Positions 24,401 through 36,459 of a stretch of 64,000 nt of DNA are shown here, piece after piece (position 1 is the stretch's first letter; every line of letters begins with the position of its first letter). The notes beneath the pieces are model-generated. The model saw only the letters and a list, made by a program, of their open reading frames with translations, did no database searches and had not been told where the DNA came from. The position numbers were made by a program, and so were the translations under genes. Source of the stretch: Mobula hypostoma (lineage: Eukaryota); NCBI RefSeq assembly GCF_963921235.1, contig NC_086097.1, forward strand, positions 182,778,001 through 182,842,000, read 5' to 3'.

Positions 24401-27400
24401 CCCCCGTCTCCCTCCCTCTCTCCCCCTTCTCCCTCTCTCTCTCCATGTCTCCCTCACTCCGTCTCCCTCTTTCTCTCCTCCCCGTCTCCTGCCCTCTCTC
24501 TCTCCTCCCTGTCTCTCTCTCGCCTCCCCATCTCTCTCTATCTCTGTCTCCCTCTCTGTCTCCACCTCTCTCCCCCTCTCTCCCCCTCTCTCTCTCCCCT
24601 CTCTCCCCTCTCTCTCTCCCCCTCTCTCCCCCCTCTCTCCCCCCTCTCTCCCCCCTATCTCCCCCCCGTCACTCTCTCTCCCTCGCTCTCTCCCCGTCTC
24701 CCTCCCTCGCGCTCTCTCTCTCTGTCTCTCTCCCTCGCTCTCTCCCCCATCTCCCTCCATCCCTCTCTCTCCCCGTCACCCTCCCTCCCTCTCTCTCCCC
24801 GTCTCCCTACCTCTCTCTCTCCTCCCCGTCTCTCTCTCGCCTCCCCATCTCTCTCTATCTCTGTCTCCCTCTCTGTCTCCACCTCTCTCCCCCCTCTCTC
24901 CCCATCTCTCCCTCTCTCTCCCCCTCTCTCCCCCTCTCTCCCCCTCTCTCCCCCTCTCTCCCCCTCTCCCCCTGTCTCCCCCCTCTCTCCCCCCTCTCTC
25001 CCCCTCTCTCCCCCCTCTCTCCCCCTCCCTCTCTCTCTCCCCGTCTCCCTCCCTCCCTCTCTCTCTCCCCGTCTCTCTCTCCCCCTCTCTCTCTCTCCCC
25101 CCGTCTCTCTCCCCCCGTCTCTCTCCCCCCGTCTCTCTCTCTCCCCGTCTCTCTCTCGCCTCCCCATCTCTCTGTATCTCTGTCTCCCTCTCTGTCTCCA
25201 CCTCTCTCCCCCCTCTCTCCCCCCTCTCTCCCCCCTCTCTCTCTCCCCATCTCTCTCTCCCCCTCCCCCTCTCCCCCTCTCTCCCCCTCTCCCCCTCTCT
25301 CCCCTCTCTCCCCCTCTCTCCCCCTCTCTCCCCCTCTCTCCCCCTCTCTCCCCCTCTCCCCCCTCTCCCCCCTCTCTCCCCCTCTCTCCCCCCTCCCTCC
25401 CCCCTCCCTCTCTCTCTCCCCGTCTCCCTCCCTCCCTCTCTCTCTCCCCATCTCTCTCTCCCCTCTCTCTCTCTCCCCCCGTCTCTCTCCCCCGTCTCTC
25501 TCCCCCGTCTCTCTCCCCCGTCTCTCCCTCCCCCCGTCTCTCCCTCCCCCCGTCTCTCCCTCCCCCCATCTCTCTCTCTCTCCCCCGTCTCTCTCTCTCT
25601 CTCCCCGTCTCTCTCTCTCTCCCCCCATCTCTCTCTCCCCCGCGGTCTCTCTCTCTCCCCCGTTTCTCTCTCCCCCGTCTCCCTCCCTCTCTCCCCCTTC
25701 TCCCTCTCTCTCTCCATGTCTCCCTCTCTCCGTCTCCCTCACTCCTCCCCGTCTCCTGCCCTCTCTCTCTCCTCCCTGTCTCTCTCTCGCCTCCCCATCT
25801 CTCTCTATCCCCCGTCTCTCTCTCCTCTGTCTCCCCCTCTCTCCCCCCTCTCTCCCCCCCTCTCTCCCCCCTCTCTACCCCCCTCTCTACCCCCCTCTCT
25901 CTCCCCCCCCTCTCTCCCCCCCTCTCTCCCCGTCTCCCTCTCTCACCCTCTCCCCTGTCTCCCCCTCTCTCTCCCCTGTCTCCCTCTCCCCGTCTCCCTC
26001 TCCCTCTTTCGCTCTCTCCCTGTATCCCTCCCTCGCTCTCTCCCCGTCTCCCTCCCTCCCTCTCTCTCTCCCCGTCTCTCTCTCCCCCTCTCTCTCTCTC
26101 CCCCCGTCTCTCTCTCTCCCTCGCTCTCTCCCCGTCTCCCTCCCTCGCGCTCTCTCTCTCTGTCTCTCTCCCTCGCTCTCTCCCCCATCTCCCTCCATCC
26201 CTCTCTCTCCCCGTCACCCTCCCTCCCTCTCTCTCCCCGTCTCCCTCCCTCTCTCTCTCCTCCCCGTCTCTCTCTCGCCTCCCCATCTCTCTCTATCTCT
26301 GTCTCCCTCTCTCCCCCCTCTCGCCCCCCTCTCTCCCCTCTCTCTCCCTGTCTCCCCCTCTCTCCCCCTCTCTCCCCCTCTCTCCCCCCTCTCTCCCCCC
26401 TCCCTCTCTCTCTCCCCGTCTCTCTCTCCCCCTCTCTCTCTCTCCCCCGTCTCTCTCCCCCCGTCTCTCTCTCTCCCCGTCTCTCTCTCGCCTCCCCATC
26501 TCTCTGTATCTCTGTCTCCCTCTCTGTCTCCACCTCTCTCCCCCTCTCTCCCCCCTCTCTCCCCCTCTCTCCCCCTCTCTCCCCCTCTCTCCCCCTCTCT
26601 CCCCCTCTCTCCCCCTCTCTCCCCCTCTCTCCCCCTCTCTCCCCCTCTCACCCCCCTCTCTCCCCCTCTCTCCCCCTCTCTCCCCCTCTCTCCCCCTCTC
26701 TCCCCCTCTCTCCCTCTCTCCCCCTCTCTCCCCTCTCTCCCCCTCTCTCCCCCTCTCTCCCCCTCTCTCCCCCTCTCTCCCCTCTCTCCCCCTCTCTCCC
26801 CCCTCTCTCCCCCCTCTCTCCCCCCTCCCTCCCCCCTCCCTCTCTCTCTCCCCGTCTCCCTCCCTCCCTCTCTCTCTCCCCGTCTCTCTCTCCCCTCTCT
26901 CTCTCTCCCCCCGTCTCTCTCCCCCGTCTCTCTCCCCCGTCTCTCTCCCCCGTCTCTCTCCCCCGTCTCTCTCCCCCGTCTCTCTCCCCCCGTCTCTCCC
27001 TCCCCCCGTCTCTCCCTCCCCCCATCTCTCCCTCCCCCCATCTCTCCCTCCCCCCATCTCTCCCTCCCCCCATCTCTCTCTCTCTCCCCCGTCTCTCTCT
27101 CTCTCCCCGTCTCTCTCTCTCTCCCCCCATCTCTCTCTCCCCCGCGGTCTCTCTCTCTCCCCCGTTTCTCTCCCCGTCTCTCTCTCCCCTCTCCTCCCCC
27201 CCTCTCTCCCTCCCGCCCCTCTCTCCCCTGTCTCTCTCCCCCCCTTCTCTCTCCCTCTCTCTTCTCCCCTCCCCCGTCTCCCTCCCTCTCTCCCCCTTCT
27301 CCTCTCTCTCTCTCCATGTCTCCCTCTCTCCGTCTCCCTCACTCCTCCCCGTCTCCTGCCCTCTCTCTCTCCTCCCTGTCTCTCTCTCGCCTCCCCATCT

Positions 27401-28318
27401 CTCTCTATCCCCCGTCTCTCTCTCCTCTGTCTCCCCCTCTCTCCCCCTCTCTCCCCCTCTCTCCCCCTCTCTCCCCCTCTCTCCCCCTCTCTCCCCCCAC
27501 TCTCCCCCCTCTCTCCCCCCCTCTCTCCCCCCCTCTCTCCCCCCTCTCTCACTCCTCTCTCACCCCCCTCTCTCCCCCCCTCTCTCCCCGTCTCCCTCTC
27601 TCACCCTCTCCCCTGTCTCCCCCTCTCTCTCCCCTGTCTCCCTCTCCCCGTCTCCCTCTCCCTCTTTCGCTCTCTCCCTGTATCCCTCCCCTCGCTCTCT
27701 CCCCGTCTCCCTCCCTCCCTCGCTCTCTCCCCGTCTCCCTCCCTCCCTCGCTCTCTCCCCGTCACCTTCCCTCCCTCGCACTCTCCCCGTCTCCCTCTCT
27801 CCCTCCCTCTCTCTCTCTCTCCCCCCCGTCTCTCTCCCCCCCCCTCTCTCTCTCCCCCGTCTCTCTCCCCCCGTCTTCTCTCTCCCCCGCTCTCTCCCCC
27901 CTCCCGTCCCCCCGTCTCTTCTCCCCCTCTCTCCCCCCGTCTCTCTCCTCCCCCCGTCTCTCTCCCCCTCCGTCTCTCTCCCCCCGTCTCTCTCCTCCCC
28001 GTCTCTCTCCCCCCGTCTCTCTCTCTCCCCCCGTCTCTCTCCCCCCCGTCTCTCTCTCTCTCTCTCCCCCGTCTCTCTCTCCCCCCGTCTCTCTCTCCCC
28101 CCGTCTCTCTCCCCCCCGTCTCTCTCTCCCCCGTCCCCCTCTCTCTCTCCCCCGTCTCTCTCTCCCCCGTCTCTCTCTCTCCCCCGTCTCTCTGTCCCCG
28201 TCTCTCTCTCCTCCTGTCTCCCCTCTCTCTCTCTCTCCCCCATCTCTCTCTCACCATCTCTCTCTCTCCCCGTCTCCCACTCTCTCTCTCCCCCGTCTCA
28301 CCCTCTCTCTCCCCATCT

Positions 28319-28367
<49 letters not shown>

Positions 28368-30971
28368 CATCTCCCTCTCCCTCTCTCTCTCCCCGTCTCC
28401 CTCCCTCTCTCTCTCCCCGTCTCCCTCCCTCTCTCTCTCCCCGTCTCCCTCCCTCTCTCTCTCCCCGTCTCCCTCCCTCCCTCCCTCTCTCTCTCTCCCC
28501 GTCTCTCTCTCCCCGTCTCTCTCTCCCCGTCTCTCTCTCCCCGTCTCTCTCTCCCCGTCTCTCTCTCCCCGTCTCTCTCTCCCCGTCTCTCTCTCCCCGT
28601 CTCTCTCTCCCCGTCTCTCTCTCTCCCCCGTCTCTCTCTCTCCCCCGTCTCTCTCTCTCCCCCGTCTCTCTCTCTCCCCCGTCTCTCTCTCTCCCCCGTT
28701 CTCTCTCTCTCCCCTGTCTCTCTCTCTCCCCCGTCTCTCTCTCTCCCCCGTCTCTCTCTCTCCCCCGTCTCTCTCTCTCCCCCCGTCTCTCTCCCCCCCG
28801 TCTCTCTCTCCCCCGTCTCTCTCCCCCGTCTCTCTCCCCCGTCTCTCTCCCCCGTCTCTCTCCCCCGTCTCTCTCCCCCGTCTCTCTCCCCGTCTCTCTC
28901 CCCGTCTCTCTCCCCGTCTCTCTCCCCCGTCTCTCTCCCCCGTCTCTCTCTCCCCCCGTCTCTCTCTCCCCCCGTCTCTCTCTCCCCCCGTCTCTCTCTC
29001 TCCCCCGTCTCTCTCTCTCCCCCGTCTCTCTCCCCCCGTCTCTCTCTCTCTCCTCCCCGTCTCTCTCTCTCCCCCGTCTCTCTCCCCCCGTCTCTCTCTC
29101 TCTCCCCCGTCTCTCTCTCTCCCCCGTCTCTCTCTCTCCCCCGTCTCTCTCTCTCCCCCGTCTCTCTCTCTCCCCCGTCTCTCTCTCTCTCCCCCGTCTC
29201 TCTCTCTCTCCCCCGTCTCTCTCTCTCTCCCCCGTCTCTCTCTTCCCCCGTCTCTCTCTCCCCCGTCTCTCTCCCCCGTCTCTCTCCCCCCGTCTCTCTC
29301 CCCCGTCTTCTCCCCCTCTCTCCCCCGTCTCTCTCCCCCCGTCTCTCTCCCCCGTCTCTCTCTCCCCCGTCTCTCTCTCCCCCCGTCTCTCTCTCCCCCG
29401 TCTCTCTCTCTCCCCCGTCTCTCTCTCCCCCGTCTCTCTCTCTCTCCCCGTCTCTCTCTCCCCCCGTCTCTCTCTCCCCCCGTCTCTCTCTCCCCCGTCT
29501 CTCTCTCCCCCGTCTCTCTCTCTCCCCCGTCTCTCTCTCTCCCCCGTCTCTCTCTCTCCCTGTCTCTCTCTCTCCCCGTCTCTCTCTCCCCGTCTCTCTC
29601 TCTCCCCCGTCTCTCTGTCCCCGTCTCTCTCTCCCCTGTCTCGCTCCCCCCTCCCCCTCTCTCTCCTCCCGTCTAACCCTCTCTCTCCTCCTGTCTCCCC
29701 TCTCTCTCTCTCCCCCATCTCTCTCTCACCATCTCTCTCTCTCCCCGTCTCCCACTCTCTCTCTCCCCCGTCTCACCCTCTCTCTCTCCCCATCTCCCCT
29801 CTCTCTCTCTCTCTCTCTCTCTCCTCTCTCTCAATCATCTCCCTCTCCCTCTCTCTCTCCCCGTCTCCCTCCCTCTCTCTCTCTCCGTCTCCCTCCCTCT
29901 CTCTCTCTCCCCATCTCCCTCCCTCTCTCTCTCCCCGTCTCCCTCCCTTCCTCCCTCTCTCTCTCCCCAGTCTCTCTCTCTCCCCGTCTCTCTCTCTCCC
30001 CGTCTCTCTCTCCCCCGTCTCTCTCTCTCCCCCGTCTCTCTGTCCCCGTCTCTCTCTCCCCTGTCTCGCTCCCCCCTCCCCCTCTCTCTCCTCCCGTCTA
30101 ACCCTCTATCTCCTCCTGTCTCCCCTCTCTCTCTCTCCCCCATCTCTCTCTCACCATCTCTCTCTCTCCCCGTCTCCCACTCTCTCTCTCCCCCGTCTCA
30201 CCCTCTCTCTCTCCCCATCTCCCCTCTCTCTCTCTCTCTCTCTCTCTCAATCATCTCCCTCTCCCTCTCTCTCTCCCCGTCTCCCTCCCTCTCTCTCTCT
30301 CCGTCTCCCTCCCTCTCTCTCTCTCCCCATCTCCCTCCCTCTCTCTCTCCCCGTCTCCCTCCCTTCCTCCCTCTCTCTCTCCCCCCGTCTCTCTCCCCCC
30401 GTCTCTGTCTCCCCGTCTCCCTCCCTCTCTCTCTCTCCGTCTCCCTCCCTCTCTCTCTCTCCCCATCTCCCTCCCTCTCTCTCTCCCCGTCTCCCTCCCT
30501 TCCTCCCTCTCTCTCTCCCCCCCGTCTCTCTCCCCCCCGTCTCTCTCCCCCCGTCTCTCTCCCCCCGTCTCTCTCCCCCCCGTCTCTCTCCCCCCCGTCT
30601 CTCTCCCCCCCGTCTCTCTCCCCCCCGTCTCTCTCCCCCCCGTCTCTCTCCCCCCGTCTCTCTCCCCCCGTCTCTCTCCCCCCCGTCTCTCTCCCCCCCG
30701 TCTCTCTCCCCCCCGTCTCTCTCTCCCCCCGTCTCTCTCTCCCCCCGTCTCTCTCTCCCCCGTCTCTCTCCCCCGTCTCTCTCTCCCCCGTCTCTCTCTC
30801 TCCCCCGTCTCTCTCTCCCCCGTCTCTCTCTCTCCCCCGTCTCTCTGTCCCCGTCTCTCTCTCCTCCTGTCTCCCCTCTCTCTCTCTCTCCCCCATCTCT
30901 CTCTCACCATCTCTCTCTCTCCCCGTCTCCCACTCTCTCTCTCCCCCGTCTCACCCTCTCTCTCCCCATCT

Positions 30972-31018
<47 letters not shown>

Positions 31019-34000
31019 CATCTCCCTCTCCCTCTCTCTCTCCCCGTCTCCCTCCCTCTCTCTCTCCCCGTCTCCCTCCCTCTCTCTCTCCCCGTCTCCC
31101 TCCCTCTCTCTCTCCCCGTCTCCCTCCCTCCCTCCCTCTCTCTCTCTCCCCGTCTCTCTCTCCCCGTCTCTCTCTCCCCGTCTCTCTCTCCCCGTCTCTC
31201 TCTCCCCGTCTCTCTCTCCCCGTCTCTCTCTCCCCGTCTCTCTCTCCCCGTCTCTCTCTCCCCCGTCTCTCTCTCTCCCCCGTCTCTCTCTCTCCCCCGT
31301 CTCTCTCTCTCCCCCGTCTCTCTCTCTCCCCCGTCTCTCTCTCTCCCCTGTCTCTCTCTCTCCCCCGTCTCTCTCTCTCCCCCGTCTCTCTCTCTCCCCC
31401 GTCTCTCTCTCTCCCCCCGTCTCTCTCCCCCGTCTCTCTCCCCCGTCTCTCTCCCCCGTCTCTCTCCCCCGTCTCTCTCCCCCGTCTCTCTCCCCCGTCT
31501 CTCTCCCCCGTCTCTCTCCCCCGTCTCTCTCCCCCGTCTCTCTCTCTCCCCCGTCTCTCTCTCTCCCCCGTCTCTCTCTCCCCCCGTCTCTCTCTCCCCC
31601 CGTCTCTCTCTCTCCCCCGTCTCTCTCTCTCCCCCGTCTCTCTCCCCCCGTCTCTCTCTCTCCCCCGTCTCTCTCTCTCCCCCGTCTCTCTCCCCCCGTC
31701 TCTCTCTCCCCCCGTCTCTCTCTCTCCCCCGTCTCTCTCTCTCCCCCGTCTCTCTCTCTCCCCCGTCTCTCTCTCTCCCCCGTCTCTCTCTCTCCCCCGT
31801 CTCTCTCTCTCCCCCGTCTCTCTCTCTCCCCCGTCTCTCTCTCTCCCCCGTCTCTCTCTCTCCCCCGTCTCTCTCTCTCCCCCCGTCTCTCTCCCCCCGT
31901 CTCTCTCCCCCCGTCTCTCTCCCCCCGTCTCTCTCCCCCGTCTCTCTCCCCCGTCTCTCTCCCCCGTCTCTCTCCCCCGTCTCTCTCTCCCCCGTCTCTC
32001 TCTCCCCCCGTCTCTCTCTCCCCCCGTCTCTCTCTCCCCCGTCTCTCTCTCCCCCGTCTCTCTCTCCCCCGTCTCTCTCTCCCCCCGTCTCTCTCTCCCC
32101 CCGTCTCTCTCTCCCCCGTCTCTCTCTCCCCCGTCTCTCTCTCTCCCCCGTCTCTCTCTCTCCCCCGTCTCTCTCTCCCCGTCTCTCTCTCCCCGTCTCT
32201 CTCTCTCCCCCGTCTCTCTGTCCCCGTCTCTCTCTCCCCTGTCTCGCTCCCCCCTCCCCCTCTCTCTCCTCCCGTCTAACCCTCTCTCTCCTCCTGTCTC
32301 CCCTCTCTCTCTCTCCCCCATCTCTCTCTCACCATCTCTCTCTCTCCCCGTCTCCCACTCTCTCTCTCCCCCGTCTCACCCTCTCTCTCTCCCCATCTCC
32401 CCTCTCTCTCTCTCTCTCTCTCTCTCCTCTCTCTCAATCATCTCCCTCTCCCTCTCTCTCTCCCCGTCTCCCTCCCTCTCTCTCTCTCCGTCTCCCTCCC
32501 TCTCTCTCTCTCCCCATCTCCCTCCCTCTCTCTCTCCCCGTCTCCCTCCCTTCCTCCCTCTCTCTCTCCCCCCCGTCTCTCTCCCCCCCGTCTCTCTCCC
32601 CCCGTCTCTCTCCCCCCCGTCTCTCTCCCCCCCGTCTCTCTCCCCCCCGTCTCTTTCCGCCCCGTCTCTCTCCCCCCCGTCTCTCTCCCCCCCGTCTCTC
32701 TCCCCCCGTCTCTCTCCCCCCCGTCTCTCTCCCCCCGTCTCTCTCCCCCCCCGTCTCTCTCCCCCCCGTCTCTCTCCCCCCGTCTCTCTCTCCCCCCGTC
32801 TCTCTCTCTCCCCCCCGTCTCTCTCCCCCCCCGTCTCTCTCCCCCCCCGTCTCTCTCTCCCCCCGTCTCTCTCTCCCCCCCGTCTCTCTCTCTCCCCCGT
32901 CTCTCTGTCCCCGTCTCTCTCTCCTCCTGTCTCCCCTCTCTCTCTCTCTCCCCCATCTCTCTCTCACCATCTCTCTCTCTCCCCGTCTCCCACTCTCTCT
33001 CTCCCCCGTCTCACCCTCTCTCTCTCCCCATCTCCCCTCTCTCTCTCTCTCTCTCTCTCTCTCAATCATCTCCCTCTCCCTCTCTCTCTCCCCGTCTCCC
33101 TCCCTCTCTCTCTCCCCGTCTCCCTCCCTCTCTCTCTCCCCGTCTCCCTCCCTCCCTCCCTCTCTCTCTCTCCCCGTCTCTCTCTCCCCATCTCTCTCTC
33201 CCCGTCTCTCTCTCCCCGTCTCTCTCTCCCCGTCTCTCTCTCCCCGTCTCTCTCTCCCCGTCTCTCTCTCTCTCCCCGTCTCTCTCTCTCCCTCCCTCTC
33301 CCCGTCTCTCTCTCTCTCCCCCGTCTCTCTCTCTCTGTCTCTCTCTCCCCCGTCTCTCTCTCTCCCCCGTCTCTCTCTCTCCCCCGTCTCTCTCTCTCCC
33401 CCGTCTCTCTCTCTCCCCGTCTCTCTCTCTCCCCCGTCTCTCTCTCTCCCCGTCTCTCTCTCTCCCCGTCTCTCTCTCTCCCCGTCTCTCTCTCTCCCCC
33501 CGTCTCTCTCTCTCCCCGTCTCTCTCTCCCCGTCTCTCTCTCCCCGTCTCTCTCTCCCCGTCTCTCTCTCCCCGTCTCTCTCTCTCCCCGTCTCTCTCTC
33601 TCCCCCGTCTCTCTCTCCCCCCGTCTCTCTCTCTCCCCCCCGTCTCTCTCTCCCCCGTCTCTCTCTCTCCCCGTCTCTCTCTTCCCCCCGTCTCTCTCTT
33701 CCCCCCGTGTCTCTCTCTCTCCCCGTCTCTCTCTCTCTCCCCGTCTCTCTCTCTCCCATCTCTCTCTCCCCCGTCTCTCTCCCCCATCTCTCTCTCCCCC
33801 GTCTCTCTCTCTTCCCCCCTCTCTCTCTCTCCCCGTATCCCCCCTCGCTCTCCACCGTCTCTCTCTTGCCCCCCTGCCTCCCCCTCTCTCCCTCCCTCTC
33901 CCCACCTGTCTCGCCTTCTCCCTCTCTCTTCCCCTCCCCCTCCCTCTCTCTCCCCCTCCCATCCCCCCCTCCACCCTCCCCCTACCCCGCTATCTCCTTC

Positions 34001-34200
34001 CCTGCTTGTCCCTTTCTCTCCCCGTCGTCTCTCACTCGCCCTGTTATCTTGCTCCCCTGTTATTTCCCCTCCCCGCGTCCTCTCCCTCCCCTCCCCGCGT
34101 CCTCTCCCTCACCTCCCCGAGCCCTCTCCCTCTCCCCCGCTCTCTCTCTTCCTTGCTTCCCCTCTCTCTTTCCCTTGCGTCCTCTCCCACCCATTCTCTC
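7696..34200 (+). repeat. Giant (~26.5 kb) polypyrimidine satellite of short CCCC(G)TCTCT-type units with kb-scale higher-order blocks
   Basis: The + strand is almost only C/T. Recurrent markers such as CTCAATCATCTCCC, TATCTCTGTCTCCCTCTCTGTCTCCACC and CCGTCTAACCC define sub-domains. Becomes irregular after ~33840. Confidence 0.97.
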
Positions 34201-34296
34201 TCCTGTTGAAGGGTTTCAAACCGAAACATCAATTGTACTCTTTTCCATAGATGCTGCCTGACCTGCTAAGATTCTCCAGCATTTTGTGTGTTGTTC
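34200..34296 (+). mobile_element. Decayed Penelope-type / hammerhead-motif short element (copy b), right flank of the CT satellite
   Basis: CTGTTGAAGGGTTTCAAACCGAAACATC...TTTTCCATAGATGCTGCCTGACCTGCT...CTCCAGCATTTTGTGTG. Confidence 0.8.
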
Positions 34297-34916
34297 CCTC
34301 TCCTCTCTCTCTACCTCTATCTCCCTCTTTATCTCTATCTCACCCCGCCCCAGGTCCTCTCCCTCCCCTCCCTCATCCCCTTCTCCCCCTCTGCTCTGAC
34401 CTGCTGTCTCTGCCAGCCCACTCCCTCTTCTCTGCCACAAATTCCCACCGCCACACTCTCCCTCCCTAATGCTCTCTCTCCCTGACCCCCCCCTTTTCAA
34501 CCTCCTCTCTGCACCCCTTGCTCTCTCTGCAGTCCCCCTTTTACACTTCTCTCTGCAACCTTCTGCACTCTCTGCTCTGCCCCACTCTCCTCGCTGTCCC
34601 CCTCCACTATCTCAGCCCCTGTATTCTCTCTGTGTTCTCCCTTCCTCCTTCCCACCCCCACTTGCACCCTCTCCCACCCTGCTTGCTCACTCTCTCTGCT
34701 CTGTTTCTTTTCCCCACATGCTCTCCTTCCCACACTTTCAAGCTCACTCTTTCTCTCTTTAAATCCTTCCCTCTCCCCTTCTCTCTCTCTCACTACCAAC
34801 TTTCTCTTTCGCAAGTGTAGTCTCCCTCCCAATGTATGTCACCCTGTGCTCCCATAGTGACTGTGCTCTGTCGTTTGTTCTCAGGAGTATTGTATTGGCT
34901 GAAGATCCCTCTGCCA

Positions 34917-34972
34917 ATGGGAATCCGTATTCTGCTCCTGCTCCTCCTTGCCCCTGCTGCTCTGGGCTATGG
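34917..34972 (+). CDS. SSPO: SCO-spondin coding exon 1 (signal peptide); the exon starts at 34885 with 5' UTR
   Basis: Acceptor TTTGTTCTCAG ends at 34884. Reads MGIRILLLLLLAPAALGY(G). Donor GTAAGG; phase 2 matches the next exon. Confidence 0.85.
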
Positions 34973-35199
34973 GTAAGGTCAGCAGGCTATTCCAGTGAAG
35001 TGCCTTGCTTTAGTGGGTCTATTTTGTTCTTGGGTAGGGAGATGTTTGGAAAGGGTTGCCTTGTAGGAGGTGGCTGGGTTTTGAGGTTCCTTGTGGATAT
35101 CCTTGGTTTTCTCTGGGTGCGTTGGGGCTGGGAGGCATCAGACATTCAGGGCAAGGGCTAGCGCTGTGCTCTGAGTGTGTGCATTGGGATCATGGCAAA

Positions 35200-36420
35200 T
35201 GGAAACAGGCCCTTTGGTCCAACATCCATGCTGACCAAGCTAGTCCTGTTTGTCTGCGCTTGTCCCATATCCCTCTAAATCCTTCCTACCCTTGTCCAAA
35301 TAGCTGTACCAGAATCAAGCACGACCTCTGGAAGCTCATTCCATAGACCCACTGCTCTCTGTGTGAAAGCTTGGCCCTCAGGATACCTTTAAATCCTTCC
35401 CTTCTCATCTTAAGCCCATGCCACCCCGGGGAAAAACCCAAATACCCACCTTTATAAAACCCCAGGTCACCCCTACAAACTTCTGTATCTCCAGGAGAAA
35501 CAGTTCCAGTCTCTCATAACTCAGTCCTTTCAATCTTTGTAACGTCCTTGTGGATCTTCTCCGTACCTCAGTTTACTCCTATCCTTCCTATAGCCAGGGC
35601 CCGCAACAGTCCAGCCTCAGCAATGACTTGCACATTGCAATCTCCAATACTCAATGCCAAAGCAATGAGGGCAAGCACATCCTTTACCACCCTGTCACCT
35701 GTGTCAACACTGTAGGGCTCACATTACCTTTGACCTGCCTGTGGATGAAGTAGGTGGTGGGAGCTGAGCCCTGGGCTCCCCCGGGATTCTCTGCATCCAC
35801 ACCTGGTCCAGGCTGCAGCCCTGCTTGATATACTGAGAGATGTGGCAACATGTCACAGGAAGCTATGTACCTGTGCTTCTTGGACCCTGCCATTCACTGT
35901 GAAGGTCCAGTCCTGGTTTAGATTCCCAAAATATTTCACTTCACACTTGTCTGAGTTGAATTCCATCACCCATTTGTTTGCCCATTTTCCCATTTTCTCA
36001 GTTGATCCCATTGTAAACATAAACACAAACAACAGGAGACCCAGCACTGATCCCTGCGATACACCGCTGATGATAGGCGTCCAATCTGAAAGCATCCCGC
36101 CACCGCCACCCTCTGCCTCTTACCATCAAACCAATTCCATATCCCGCTGGGATCCCATGTGATCTCACCTGGAGCAGCCTACAGTGAGGGACCTTTGTCA
36201 AAGTCTTTGCTAAAATGTCTGTAGACAACCAATAACACTCTGCCTTTGATGGCTCATGCCCCCTTCCCACCTCTTGGTCATTTCTTCAAAAAACAGAACT
36301 TGGTGAGACATGGATTTTCCTTGCCTTTTTAAATGCAAGTAGATGCTGATTCGCAGAATCCTGTCCAGTAACTTTCCCATTACTGACGTCTGTTGTTCCC
36401 TGGCTTATTCATACAGCCAT
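35200..36420 (-). mobile_element. Degraded CR1-like LINE fragment, interrupted by an inverted SSPO exon copy
   Basis: Minus-strand SGVSQGSVLGLLLFV, WANKWVMEFNSDKCEV and TKVPHCRLL are RT-region remnants. Confidence 0.75.
35727..35840 (-). pseudogene. Inverted, diverged copy of the 3' part of SSPO coding exon 2 plus its donor region
   Basis: The reverse complement aligns to 37842-37955. By eye there are about 14 mismatches and 1 gap over the 103 exonic nt; the donor GT reads GC in the copy. Confidence 0.9.
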
Positions 36421-36459
36421 TCCGAAATAAATCACAGCATTATCATCGTCACAGTCACA

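Noticed and set aside
7614..33974. Dozens of minus-strand Gly/Glu/Arg-rich ORFs
   Set aside because: They are translations of the purine strand of the same satellite.
7671..34261. Three overlapping ORFs of 7,333-8,862 aa (Leu/Ser/Pro-rich)
   Set aside because: Stop codons need T plus two purines, which a C/T satellite almost never has. All three frames are open and there is no domain content, so this is a compositional artefact.
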